64,000 bases of DNA from positions 32,001 to 96,000 of the IMG/VR virus record IMGVR_UViG_3300025127_006147; one strand, given 5' to 3'. The notes beneath the pieces are model-generated. The model made no database searches. It was not told the DNA's origin and worked only from the letters and a program-made list of their open reading frames with translations. Origin of the DNA: a virus. A program made the translations under genes and the position numbers. Each line of letters starts with the position of its first letter. Within the stretch, counting starts at the first letter, position 1. This document shows, piece after piece, positions 29,301 through 37,690 of this stretch.

Positions 29301-32300
29301 CGGTAAAACTCTGAACCAAGTTTCAGCAGTGCATCCTTTACCCAGTGCGTGGATTTTAAAGTATGGTGCTATTTGGCATAGATATAAAGAATTTACAAAT
29401 AACGGTTCTGACTTTCTTTCCTCTATTTGGGACAATTTTGATGCCAACACTTATTTTAATAATAGTAATGGTTTGGGTTATACCTATGATTTAAATGTCG
29501 GGCCCAATAATACATTAACAAGTTTTGGAGGACAATGGTCCCCCACCCCAACATCCGACCAGTTAAATCTTGGATTTTATCCTGAGTTAAACAACTATAT
29601 TTATTATTTTGTAACTGGTGAACTTTTATATGATGGGTTAAATATAAGTGGTTTCCCAATAACGGACAATCAAGTTAATCAGTTAATTTTACAGGAAGCG
29701 TTATTTCTTAAAAACGCGGAAGAATTAACAATAACTTCTATACCTACTGACCCAGTACAAACCAAAGCTAGTTTGTGGTTCAATTATTATGATTTAACCA
29801 GAGAGGGTTATCTTAGTGGATATACTACTGCACAGTACTTACTTTTCCCATGTGAAGGGGGTATGAAAAAATCACAACTAGAATTTGAAGTTAATACACC
29901 ATATAATTTAATTAATAATAGTAATGTAACTAATGGTGCCGCAAGACTAGTTTGGTCTTTATCGAATTACGGTTATTTTGAACACAATCAAAATACTTTC
30001 CCACAACCAGACCAATACCTTAAAGTGATTGATAGTACACAAGAAGAACAACTGTCTTTTAATATTAGTAATAATGAAAACTATTCTTCCATTGAAGAAT
30101 TATTTGATATTTTTACACCCCAGATACTCGATACATTTGAGGAGTATTTTCTAAATTTTACAGAAGCTTTTAATCCAGACCCACCAGTATATTACGATAG
30201 TGAAGACATTAGAAGTTTGAATTTCCAAAAAACCATTAGAGAATTTTTGAAAATAGACCAAGACAAAGTTAACGATTCTCAAAGTAATACACAACTAAGT
30301 TATAATTTAGGTCAAACACAGTTAAATAAAATTAACTCTACTTTAAGAGAATTTTTGTCACACCAAACAGCTTTTAATTTCTACAACCCAAAAGATATAG
30401 ATATCTTAGTATTTAAAAGTATGGCTCCCCAATCAGGAGCTACACCTTACATAACTTTTGGTCAATATAAAGGTAATTTACCCCCAGACATTTCTTTAAA
30501 TGATTCCACAACCCTATATGTAAACGAGTGGAAAGAATTAAGACAACAAGTAGGTTTTTATAGTGACTCTTTATCTTCCGCTTATACATTAAATTTAATT
30601 TATAACGATAGTGGAAACTATGTAACAGAATTTTTCCGTGAGTTTAATATCGACTTTAATGTCCCCAACATTAAAAACCTGAGAAAAATTATTAGAATGT
30701 ATGTAACTGCTAGAATTGAAGCGGGAGCGACACAAAATATAGACAATATAGAATTTTTACAAAGAATTAAAACGGAATCTATTGAAGCGTGGGAATTTGC
30801 ACAATTTGATTTTATAAATCAATTGTTTATACAACTAAAAAAAGTGTTACCACAAACAGCGGAAACAGAAATCGAAGAATTTACAAACAATTCTACTTTT
30901 GAAACTGATGAAGCTAAATTAGAACAATATCAGGTATTTAAGACTCTAAACGATAAGTGGGTAAGTGGGGAAGAATTCAGTAATAAGTATTTGTTTGAGG
31001 ATTTCTTATTTTATGATGTAGCTAACAGAGATGTGGGTGATAAAGCTATAATTACTACTGATGCTATTGCCAATTTTGATAGTATTAATAACGCTAATAA
31101 AAGTTTATTAACCATTATAGGAGCTATTTTACAAGGTAACTTCTTTAACTTTATGGGTATGCCTAGTTATATTAATTTTTACGGTATGACATCACAAGGT
31201 AACACACCCATCCCTAAATTAAGTACTCAAGAAGAAGCAGACGCTATTTTTGGTACACATTTAGAGGTAGATACTCTAGACTCAGGACCTAAATTTTTAT
31301 GTCAATACGTAGGACCACCGTCAACACAATTGGGTGGTGAATTAGCTAAACAAAGTAAATATGAAAATGATTCCTTCCTTTTAGGTAGGACAGCTCAAAA
31401 TCCATTACTTTCAACCGACTATGACCCACAAAAAAATAATAAGGTAGTTGCTTTTGCGGTAGATTTTGGAATACAGAGTCAAGGGGTATTTAAAGGAATT
31501 AGTTTAGACCAGAGTGAATTTAAAAACACTTCTGAATCTTTTGCTGTTACAGAATCCATGGCACAATCAGCGAATGATAAAAGTATTTTAACACAAGGAT
31601 TAAGTTTATTTAATATCTATAAAACTAGGTCGTATACATGTAAAATAGAAGCTATGGGTAATGTGTGTATACAACCAACAATGTACTTTTCACTCAGACA
31701 CATTCCAATGTTTAGTGGACCTTACTTAATATTAGACGTTGAACATACAATACAACCTAATACTATGACTACTAGTTTTACTGGAGTTAGAGTACCATTC
31801 CATAAAATGCCTGAAATAAGTCAACTAGTAGCTAAAGTTAATCAAACGTTTTTAAACAAACTAAGAAAAAAAGTAAAAGAAGAAAAAGCAATTCAAAGAC
31901 AAGGAGGATTTGAACCAGAGAGCACTACAGAAAGTAATTCAGTTAGAGAAGGTAATTATAATTTTAGGGGTAGAGATGATGGTAAGTTAGATTATATAAT
32001 TATTCATGTTACTGCTGGACTGAAATATGGTAGTAACCCTGTAGAAAAGATTAATAAACAACATTTAAATAGGGGGTTTGCTGGAATTGGTTACCATTAC
32101 TTAATAGGTAGGGGGGCTGAAGGAGATGACAATAGTCCACAAGGAACATTATATGGTGCTAGACCCCAAAATAAAGTAGGTGCACATACTAGAGGACATA
32201 ATAGCAGGTCTGTAAGTGTTAGTATGATAGCTAATTGTGCTAAAATGGGTGTGTATGATAAATCTGAAGGAGGAGACCATCCTACCTCAACCCAAAAAGA

Positions 32301-32739
32301 AACACTAGAGTGGACATTATTGTGGTTATTATTTGACACTCAACTATTTAGGATGACCGATAATAAAAGTGTAACTATTAAAACTAGAGAAGAAGATGTT
32401 AAGGTTACAAATCCTACGGTATTAGATAATACGGGAGGAGTACAATCAGCTTTATGGAAAAGTGTATTGAAAGGCCACAATCAATTTGCTAATAAAAGGT
32501 GTCCGTGTTTTAGAGTAGAAAGAACCCTAAGTGATACGGGCCCTGGTAGTTTAATGAGTAAATTGAGAATTAAATTAAAAAATGCTCTAGAAAGTGGAGA
32601 ATTTAGTCCAGGTCCAGACTTTGGACAAGCGTCTATGGTCAGGTACTTCTCTAAAAGAGCTAAAGGTAAAGGTTGGGTACCGAGCCCTTGGTCTACCTCA
32701 ACAGGTCAATTCGGAGGTAGAGATTTGGCAAGCAATTAA
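26341..32739 (+). CDS. 2132-aa baseplate hub protein with C-terminal N-acetylmuramoyl-L-alanine amidase
   Basis: N-terminal hub-like FTDVRGQTLFEQG, SYTCKIEAMGNVCIQPTMYF; C-terminal T7-lysozyme-type motifs IIIHVTA, GIGYHYLI, GAHTRGHN, KGHNQF, KRCPCF. Confidence 0.7.
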   Translation: MANEISNGDNVLVEFSENNILLVDPNRVFEGGRVKDRLVDSENLVIYASLKARVVPRSKLISGAGVDNQTPEAFVDVFEGEINFLKPQGKDYYTSDWTDTQTGKGFGSEAGSFNQRVQTSTIGANGQLLFKEQIRNKIDSEGFGINNISVTLNRAFTPIVNITFTDVRGQTLFEQGPNSPYAAFFQLPYPLFKLKLKGYYGKAVEYQLMLEKFNASFDSSTGNYNVTCNFKGRVTALLADITLQEMRIAPYMFARSYEIETGEDEKSSFISSRGRQTLSQVYAAYKSKGLIGESLPDLTIDDLIERIKQLETDIEKKLKSYNLDALDDIETYDKYSTSYRNKILASGGWRATYIDNDINSVSGPQVDISTDVVYYQFKKTYRDNPVKQKDAFENLKKRIKEGNEALLRNKTFGKGGKQAIPVDIKLEDFESSPPTGFEDSTSNWFRFDVFEEKIGKIITVFNTKRTEIETTLTSAVNEVVIESLGFNPTVRNIFAIMIAHADTFLRLMDETHTQAFEVRDELDRLNAVKGPGNPSSADEDVIVYPWPHYYIEETTENGPQYVSTYPGSPKVLGQTKAYNATLWPEVNFVEEFFKAQVISNSDTKPEFSVNTVGGNWVPISSFELGEEQVYINKATVPFNYEIWDRSVAFSCFYGLATRLKDNVAKNTYYELSKIEAANIKEYLTGLLDLNELLKNQNFDYNTYIDYLQQISPLNNYQLLLRDQFSTPYIREKVNNSTFTIRPFNSFKSLTYQLNDGEIESSLESLNTVLASGNIRENNILETFPFSHFVSNAPNTSWTVNNLAGGVQISSYENLNSISQSISYQSDQKVFASIIPNNTTSSVIENIQFYTDGDWAAKTAITDLATKIDTRFINNQNTKNSWQVFFDNVQFQENSSYVSNQNLVTTEGSLNYGDDYGGDISSKQITSLLNTPYFINSLVEGVNNEINNTSNPYKSAAYLFLNSLPLPTLREKTLLSNQSTYNLYGDYIGKTLNQVSAVHPLPSAWILKYGAIWHRYKEFTNNGSDFLSSIWDNFDANTYFNNSNGLGYTYDLNVGPNNTLTSFGGQWSPTPTSDQLNLGFYPELNNYIYYFVTGELLYDGLNISGFPITDNQVNQLILQEALFLKNAEELTITSIPTDPVQTKASLWFNYYDLTREGYLSGYTTAQYLLFPCEGGMKKSQLEFEVNTPYNLINNSNVTNGAARLVWSLSNYGYFEHNQNTFPQPDQYLKVIDSTQEEQLSFNISNNENYSSIEELFDIFTPQILDTFEEYFLNFTEAFNPDPPVYYDSEDIRSLNFQKTIREFLKIDQDKVNDSQSNTQLSYNLGQTQLNKINSTLREFLSHQTAFNFYNPKDIDILVFKSMAPQSGATPYITFGQYKGNLPPDISLNDSTTLYVNEWKELRQQVGFYSDSLSSAYTLNLIYNDSGNYVTEFFREFNIDFNVPNIKNLRKIIRMYVTARIEAGATQNIDNIEFLQRIKTESIEAWEFAQFDFINQLFIQLKKVLPQTAETEIEEFTNNSTFETDEAKLEQYQVFKTLNDKWVSGEEFSNKYLFEDFLFYDVANRDVGDKAIITTDAIANFDSINNANKSLLTIIGAILQGNFFNFMGMPSYINFYGMTSQGNTPIPKLSTQEEADAIFGTHLEVDTLDSGPKFLCQYVGPPSTQLGGELAKQSKYENDSFLLGRTAQNPLLSTDYDPQKNNKVVAFAVDFGIQSQGVFKGISLDQSEFKNTSESFAVTESMAQSANDKSILTQGLSLFNIYKTRSYTCKIEAMGNVCIQPTMYFSLRHIPMFSGPYLILDVEHTIQPNTMTTSFTGVRVPFHKMPEISQLVAKVNQTFLNKLRKKVKEEKAIQRQGGFEPESTTESNSVREGNYNFRGRDDGKLDYIIIHVTAGLKYGSNPVEKINKQHLNRGFAGIGYHYLIGRGAEGDDNSPQGTLYGARPQNKVGAHTRGHNSRSVSVSMIANCAKMGVYDKSEGGDHPTSTQKETLEWTLLWLLFDTQLFRMTDNKSVTIKTREEDVKVTNPTVLDNTGGVQSALWKSVLKGHNQFANKRCPCFRVERTLSDTGPGSLMSKLRIKLKNALESGEFSPGPDFGQASMVRYFSKRAKGKGWVPSPWSTSTGQFGGRDLASN

Positions 32740-32762
32740 CAAGAGATTTACTAATCTCGTAA

Positions 32763-32770
32763 TATTTATA
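32763..32770 (+). promoter_or_regulatory. Candidate late promoter TATTTATA
   Basis: 17 nt upstream of ATG 32788. Confidence 0.5.
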
Positions 32771-32787
32771 GATAAAATAACTTTATT

Positions 32788-32994
32788 ATGAGAAATATAG
32801 AAAAAAATTTAGACAACTTTTTAGGTAACAAAAATGTTAGAACTAAAAACATCAAAGTTGAAGAAGAAGGCTTTGAAGAAGTTTGTGACACAGAAACTGG
32901 AGAGTGTAAAACAATTAAATCAAAAGACGGTTTGATTGAAAGAGTAAATAAAAAAATGATTACTGAAGACGGTAGGAATTTATTAATGGGATAA
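32788..32994 (+). CDS. Hypothetical 68-aa protein
   Basis: Clean ORF with upstream motif; CDTETGEC and ITEDGRNLL. Confidence 0.65.
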   Translation: MRNIEKNLDNFLGNKNVRTKNIKVEEEGFEEVCDTETGECKTIKSKDGLIERVNKKMITEDGRNLLMG

Positions 32995-33008
32995 AAAAAA
33001 CTAATAAA

Positions 33009-33716
33009 ATGAGTCGTAAAAAAAATATAGAAAGTATTTTATCCGAAGAACTACAAAGATTTAATCAAATAGGTGGATATGTTGAAAATCTTCACGAACA
33101 ATTTTTAGGTTTTGCAGGTGGTAGAACTGAATTGGGTGAACAAGAGGAAGAAGAAACAGATACACCAGAAGAAGGTGGGGACGATTTAGATTTGGGTGAT
33201 ACGGATGACACTACTGAAGAAACAGGTGATGACTTAGGTGGAGATGACTTAGGTGGTGATGATTTGGGTGGTGATGATTTGGGTGATGATACTAGTGATA
33301 ACACTGAAGAAATAGATGTGACAGATATCGTTACAATGACAAAAGAAACTGGTGAAAAAACTGAAGAATTAGAAGGAACCATCGGTAAACAAAAAGACAG
33401 TATTGACTCATTAATTTCTAAATTAGATGACTTAGAAAGTAAGTTGAATAGTATGGATAACATGATGTCTAGCATTAATCAGTTAGAAGATAAAATTGAA
33501 GAATATAGACCACAAACACCACAGGAAAAATTAGAATTACGTTATTTAGATAGTGGACCATTTAACCAGTCACCTAAAAAATATTGGGAAGAAAAAAAGG
33601 GTGATTTAAAGAAACAAAAAGATAAACATGAATATGTTTTAACTTCTGATGAAGTGGACGATGTTAATGATTCAGATATTAAAAATAGTTGGGTTTACAG
33701 TCCAGAAGAAGAATAA
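33009..33716 (+). CDS. Acidic coiled-coil protein (scaffold/internal-protein-like)
   Basis: ILSEELQRF leader, DDLGG repeats, coiled coil LISKLDDLESKLNSMDNMMSSINQLEDKIE. Confidence 0.6.
   Translation: MSRKKNIESILSEELQRFNQIGGYVENLHEQFLGFAGGRTELGEQEEEETDTPEEGGDDLDLGDTDDTTEETGDDLGGDDLGGDDLGGDDLGDDTSDNTEEIDVTDIVTMTKETGEKTEELEGTIGKQKDSIDSLISKLDDLESKLNSMDNMMSSINQLEDKIEEYRPQTPQEKLELRYLDSGPFNQSPKKYWEEKKGDLKKQKDKHEYVLTSDEVDDVNDSDIKNSWVYSPEEE
33228..33290 (+). repeat. 15-bp tandem repeat encoding (DDLGG)n
   Basis: gatgacttaggtgga gatgacttaggtggt gatgatttgggtggt gatgatttgggtgat. Confidence 0.85.
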
Positions 33717-33745
33717 AATTAACAAAACATAAATAAATAAATTTT

Positions 33746-33773
33746 GGGGAACGTCATTGACTTCCCCTTTTTT
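33746..33773 (+). terminator. Intrinsic terminator
   Basis: GGGGAA-c-GTCA-t-TGAC-TTCCCC followed by T6. Confidence 0.8.
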
Positions 33774-33785
33774 ATGTGTTATATT
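33757..33785 (+). promoter_or_regulatory. Candidate sigma70-like promoter for the replication operon, overlapping the terminator
   Basis: TTGACT-N17-TATATT, 42 nt upstream of the SSB ATG. Confidence 0.45.
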
Positions 33786-33827
33786 TTCCCATATAAACAT
33801 TTTAATTAATTAAAAAATAAATAACAA

Positions 33828-34706
33828 ATGAGTAGTTTAGACGCAGTTTTAAAACAGTATGAACAAGGACAAGTTCAAAACAACAGTCCAAAAAATAATA
33901 TTAGTAGAGAAGACAGACTTAAAAAGTACTTCGCTACTTATTTACCTAAGGGAGAAACTGAAGGTGAAGCTAACATTAGAATTTTACCTACTAGTGATGG
34001 TAGTTCTCCTTTTAAAGAAGTTTTCTTTCATGAAGTACAAGTTGATGGTAAGTGGGTTAAATTAATGGACCCAGGTAAAAATGGTGATGGTTCACCTACT
34101 GGTGAAAGAAGTCCTTTGAATGAAGTTGAGGAGGCACTGAAACTAACTGGTAATCAAAAAGATAAAGAAATAGCTAGACAATATCGTTCTAAGAAATTTT
34201 ACATAGTTAAAGTAATTGACCGTGACGCGGAAGATGATGGTGTTAAATTCTGGAGATTTAAATGGAATTATAAAGGTGACGGAGTAATGGATAAAATTAT
34301 CCCTATCTTTCAAAAAAGAGGAGACGTTACTGACAGTAAAGAAGGTAGAGATTTAACATTAATGTTAAAATCAGTACCACTTCCTAATGGTAAAGGAAAT
34401 TACACCGTTGTCTCTATGGTATTAGCTGAAGACCCTTCACCACTATCAACAGACGAGGCGAAAGTAAAAGAATGGGTTGGTAATACTGAAACGTATAAGG
34501 ATGTTTACTCACAAAAACCAGTAGAATATTTAGAGGCTGTTGCGAGAGGAGAAACTCCAGTATGGGACACAGACCTTAAAAAGTATGTATACGGTGACTC
34601 TCAAGAAACTATAAACATGGGAGGAATAACCCCACCACAACCAACAAATAATGCTCCAGTAGACCCACAAGCTGGTCAAGAGAGTGATTCAGATTTACCA
34701 TTTTAA
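33828..34706 (+). CDS. Single-stranded DNA-binding protein (gp32-like)
   Basis: IRILP, FFHEVQ, YIVKVIDRD..GVKFWRF, GRDLTL, acidic C-terminal SDSDLPF. Confidence 0.8.
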   Translation: MSSLDAVLKQYEQGQVQNNSPKNNISREDRLKKYFATYLPKGETEGEANIRILPTSDGSSPFKEVFFHEVQVDGKWVKLMDPGKNGDGSPTGERSPLNEVEEALKLTGNQKDKEIARQYRSKKFYIVKVIDRDAEDDGVKFWRFKWNYKGDGVMDKIIPIFQKRGDVTDSKEGRDLTLMLKSVPLPNGKGNYTVVSMVLAEDPSPLSTDEAKVKEWVGNTETYKDVYSQKPVEYLEAVARGETPVWDTDLKKYVYGDSQETINMGGITPPQPTNNAPVDPQAGQESDSDLPF

Positions 34707-34718
34707 TAAAATAAAATA

Positions 34719-35714
34719 ATGGCAATAAAGAAAAAAAGTTTTAAAGATATAAAAAGTAAGTTCTCTAAAAAAGCTTCCTTCAAACCAGATAGATTTTTTG
34801 ATTTGGGGGAAGCGTTCTTAGACGCTACAGGATTACCAGGACCAGCCATGGGACATATTAACATGCTTTTGGGACATAGTGATACTGGTAAAACTACAGC
34901 TTTAGTTAAAACAGCTGTAGATGCACAGAAAAAAGGTATTTTACCTGTGTTTATTATTACAGAACAAAAGTGGGATTTTGACCACGCTAAACTTATGGGT
35001 TTAGAATGTGAAAAAGATAAAGACGGTGATTGGGACGGGTTTTTCTTATTCAATAATGGATTTGAGTATATAGAACAAATTACTGACTATATTAATGAAT
35101 TGTTAGACGCTCAAGAAAAAGGTGAATTAGAATATGATTTAGCACTTTTATGGGATTCTGTTGGTTCTGTTCCTTGTAAAATGACGTTTGATGGGAAAGG
35201 AGGTAAACAACATAACGCTAGTGTATTATCAGATAAGATAGGTATGGGAATTAATCAGAGAATTACTGGTTCTAGGAATACTAACTCTAAATATTTAAAC
35301 ACACTAGTTACAGTTAACCAACCTTGGGTTGAATTACCTGACAATCCTTTTTCGCAACCAAAAATTAAAGCTAAAGGAGGAGAATCGTTATGGTTAAATT
35401 CTACAATAGTGTTTTTATTTGGTAATCAGAAGAATGCTGGAACTTCTAAAATAACAGCAACAAAAGATAAAAGAAAAGTTAAATTTGCGACTCGTACTAA
35501 AATTTCAATTATGAAAAACCATGTTAATGGTTTAGGTTATGAGGACGGAAAAATATTAGTAACACCTCATGGTTTCCTTAAAGGAAAGGACGCTGGAGAA
35601 GAAAAAAAATCAATAGAAGGTTATAAGTCCGAAAATTCTGAATATTGGAAAGACATTATAGGTTCTGATGGTGATTATAACTTAGCAGTTGAAGAAACTG
35701 GTGAAATATTTTAA
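34719..35714 (+). CDS. uvsX: RecA-like recombinase
   Basis: Walker A LGHSDTGKTT, Walker B LWDSVGS, VNQPW, KAKGGE, KNHVNG. Confidence 0.88.
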   Translation: MAIKKKSFKDIKSKFSKKASFKPDRFFDLGEAFLDATGLPGPAMGHINMLLGHSDTGKTTALVKTAVDAQKKGILPVFIITEQKWDFDHAKLMGLECEKDKDGDWDGFFLFNNGFEYIEQITDYINELLDAQEKGELEYDLALLWDSVGSVPCKMTFDGKGGKQHNASVLSDKIGMGINQRITGSRNTNSKYLNTLVTVNQPWVELPDNPFSQPKIKAKGGESLWLNSTIVFLFGNQKNAGTSKITATKDKRKVKFATRTKISIMKNHVNGLGYEDGKILVTPHGFLKGKDAGEEKKSIEGYKSENSEYWKDIIGSDGDYNLAVEETGEIF

Positions 35715-35726
35715 ATTAAAAAAAAA

Positions 35727-36161
35727 ATGGCAAAAGTAGAAAAAGGTAGTAAAATTAAAGTACATTATACAGGTACTAAAAACGATGGTAGTAAATTTGA
35801 TAGTTCTTATGATAGAGGACAAGTATTAGAATTTGAAGTTGGTTCTGGACAAATGATAAAAGGATTTGATGAAGGTGTCGTTGGAATGGAAGTGGGTGAA
35901 ACTAAAGACCTACATTTAAAACCCGAAGAAGCTTACGGTTTAAGAAAAGAGGAAGCTAAAACAGAAGTACCTAAAGAGGCACTTCCACCAGATTTCAACC
36001 CACAAGTAGGGGAAACCGTACAAGGTCAAACAATAGATGGAAGACCAATTTTAGCAAAAGTTAAAGAATTACAAGAAAATAAAGTAATTTTAGACTTGAA
36101 CCATCCTTTAGCGGGTGAAGAACTTAACTTTAAGGTTGAGTTAATGGAAATAGAAAAATAG
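35727..36161 (+). CDS. FKBP-type peptidyl-prolyl isomerase (SlyD/SlpA-like, no His-rich tail)
   Basis: VHYTG, FDSSYDRG, GQMIKGFDEG, PEEAYG, insert-in-flap region, DLNHPLAGEELNF. Confidence 0.92.
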   Translation: MAKVEKGSKIKVHYTGTKNDGSKFDSSYDRGQVLEFEVGSGQMIKGFDEGVVGMEVGETKDLHLKPEEAYGLRKEEAKTEVPKEALPPDFNPQVGETVQGQTIDGRPILAKVKELQENKVILDLNHPLAGEELNFKVELMEIEK

Positions 36162-36185
36162 TGTTTAACTTTATAATAAAACAAC

Positions 36186-37202
36186 ATGTTAAAGACATTA
36201 GTTGTCGATGGCAATAGTATATTACAGACAGGATTTCATGGTGTAAAAGATTTTTACCATAACGGTAATCATTTTGGGGCTATATTTTATTTTCTAAATA
36301 CATTAAAAAGAAATTTAGAAAAAAAATCATATGATAAGGTAGTCGTATTTTGGGATGGTAAAAAAAATTACAAATATCGTAGAGAGTTATATTCTCCATA
36401 TAAAGTAAATCGGAAAAAAAGATTAGATAAGGATAAAATTGACGACATGTTTCGTCAAAAAAATCGTATATCACAATACCTAGAAGAGTTTTTTGTAAGA
36501 CAGGGCGGGTACAATAGTTGTGAGGCAGATGACTGTATCTCATATTATTGTAGAATATCACCTAATGAGAATAAAACTATACTCACCAACGATAAAGACC
36601 TACTACAACTAGTAAATCAACAAGTAAGTGTTTTCCTAACTAGAACTGAAACCCTTGTAACACATAAGGATAAAATTAAAGTAGGTAAGTTACCTATGTC
36701 TGTTCCCGCATGTAATATTCCAATAGTTAAAATTTTATTGGGTGATAGAAGTGACAATATCAAAGGAATTATGTATTTTGGAGAAAAGTCTTTGATTAAA
36801 CACTTCCCAGAGATTGAAAAAGATGATATTTCTATAGAAGAAATATTAAATAAAGCTCGGAATAAATTAAATGAGGGTAGTAAGGATAGGGGATTAAAAA
36901 ATTTATCAGAAGGTATTTCAGCTGATGGAAGAAAAGGTAAAGAATTTTTTGAAGTTAATGAAAAAATAATTAATCTAGAAAATACATTCTTAACTGAAGA
37001 AGCTAAAAATGAAATAAATGACCTGGTAAATGAATCTCTTGACCCAGAAGGAAGAGAAAATGAAAATGTAGTACAAATGATGAAAGACGATGGGTTATTT
37101 TCTGTACTACCTAAAAAAGATGACAGTTGGACATCGTTTATACACCCATTAATTCAACTAAGAAAAAAAGAAATTAAATATTTTAAAATACAAAACAATT
37201 AA
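36186..37202 (+). CDS. 5'-3' exonuclease / flap endonuclease (T4 RNase H-like)
   Basis: LVVDGNS, VFWDG, YKVNR, EADD, TNDKDLLQL, LGDRSDNIKG (H3TH). Confidence 0.9.
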   Translation: MLKTLVVDGNSILQTGFHGVKDFYHNGNHFGAIFYFLNTLKRNLEKKSYDKVVVFWDGKKNYKYRRELYSPYKVNRKKRLDKDKIDDMFRQKNRISQYLEEFFVRQGGYNSCEADDCISYYCRISPNENKTILTNDKDLLQLVNQQVSVFLTRTETLVTHKDKIKVGKLPMSVPACNIPIVKILLGDRSDNIKGIMYFGEKSLIKHFPEIEKDDISIEEILNKARNKLNEGSKDRGLKNLSEGISADGRKGKEFFEVNEKIINLENTFLTEEAKNEINDLVNESLDPEGRENENVVQMMKDDGLFSVLPKKDDSWTSFIHPLIQLRKKEIKYFKIQNN

Positions 37203-37204
37203 AA

Positions 37205-37654
37205 ATGGAAGACAAAAAAATAACAAAGTTTGAATTTTTACTAACATTAGAAGACCACATTATCTGTCAAAGATTTTTTAACGTAAAAGGATACAAACCT
37301 AGAAATACAAAATCTCTAGATTTGTATGAATCGGTAAAATACATTCAAGAAGAGATAAATGACTCATTAAAAATGAAAGCTACCGATTATTTAAGCTCCC
37401 TCTACAACAGTTATACACATACTGTCAATTTGTCAGAACAAGACCGTGAAGAGCCGCCTCATGAATATTTCAATATCTACATAAAATTGAATAATGAGAT
37501 AGTTACACACCGAATTTTTCCAGCTTGGATATATCCAGGTAAAATAAGATATACGGTGGATATTAGACCTTTTATTGGTAAGTTTTTGAGAGAACTCAGT
37601 GACGTATTGTCAGCTGAAAAAGTTGAGCGAAAGTATCTCGAAACGGTACTTTAA
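37205..37654 (+). CDS. Hypothetical protein in replication operon
   Basis: 149-aa ORF tightly packed between exonuclease and helicase; YPGKIRYTVDIRP. Confidence 0.65.
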   Translation: MEDKKITKFEFLLTLEDHIICQRFFNVKGYKPRNTKSLDLYESVKYIQEEINDSLKMKATDYLSSLYNSYTHTVNLSEQDREEPPHEYFNIYIKLNNEIVTHRIFPAWIYPGKIRYTVDIRPFIGKFLRELSDVLSAEKVERKYLETVL

Positions 37655-37657
37655 AAG

Positions 37658-37665
37658 TATTTATT
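37658..37665 (+). promoter_or_regulatory. TATTTATT motif upstream of helicase
   Basis: 25 nt upstream of ATG 37691. Confidence 0.4.
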
Positions 37666-37690
37666 AATTACCCTAAAAGATTTAAGATAG

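Noticed and set aside
33228-33290. Possible CRISPR-like or DGR repeat
   Set aside because: Short in-frame coding tandem repeat without spacers; no cas or reverse transcriptase gene in the window.
33092-33475. 127-aa ORF with PPKSS repeats
   Set aside because: Reverse-complement reading of the DDLGG repeat gene.
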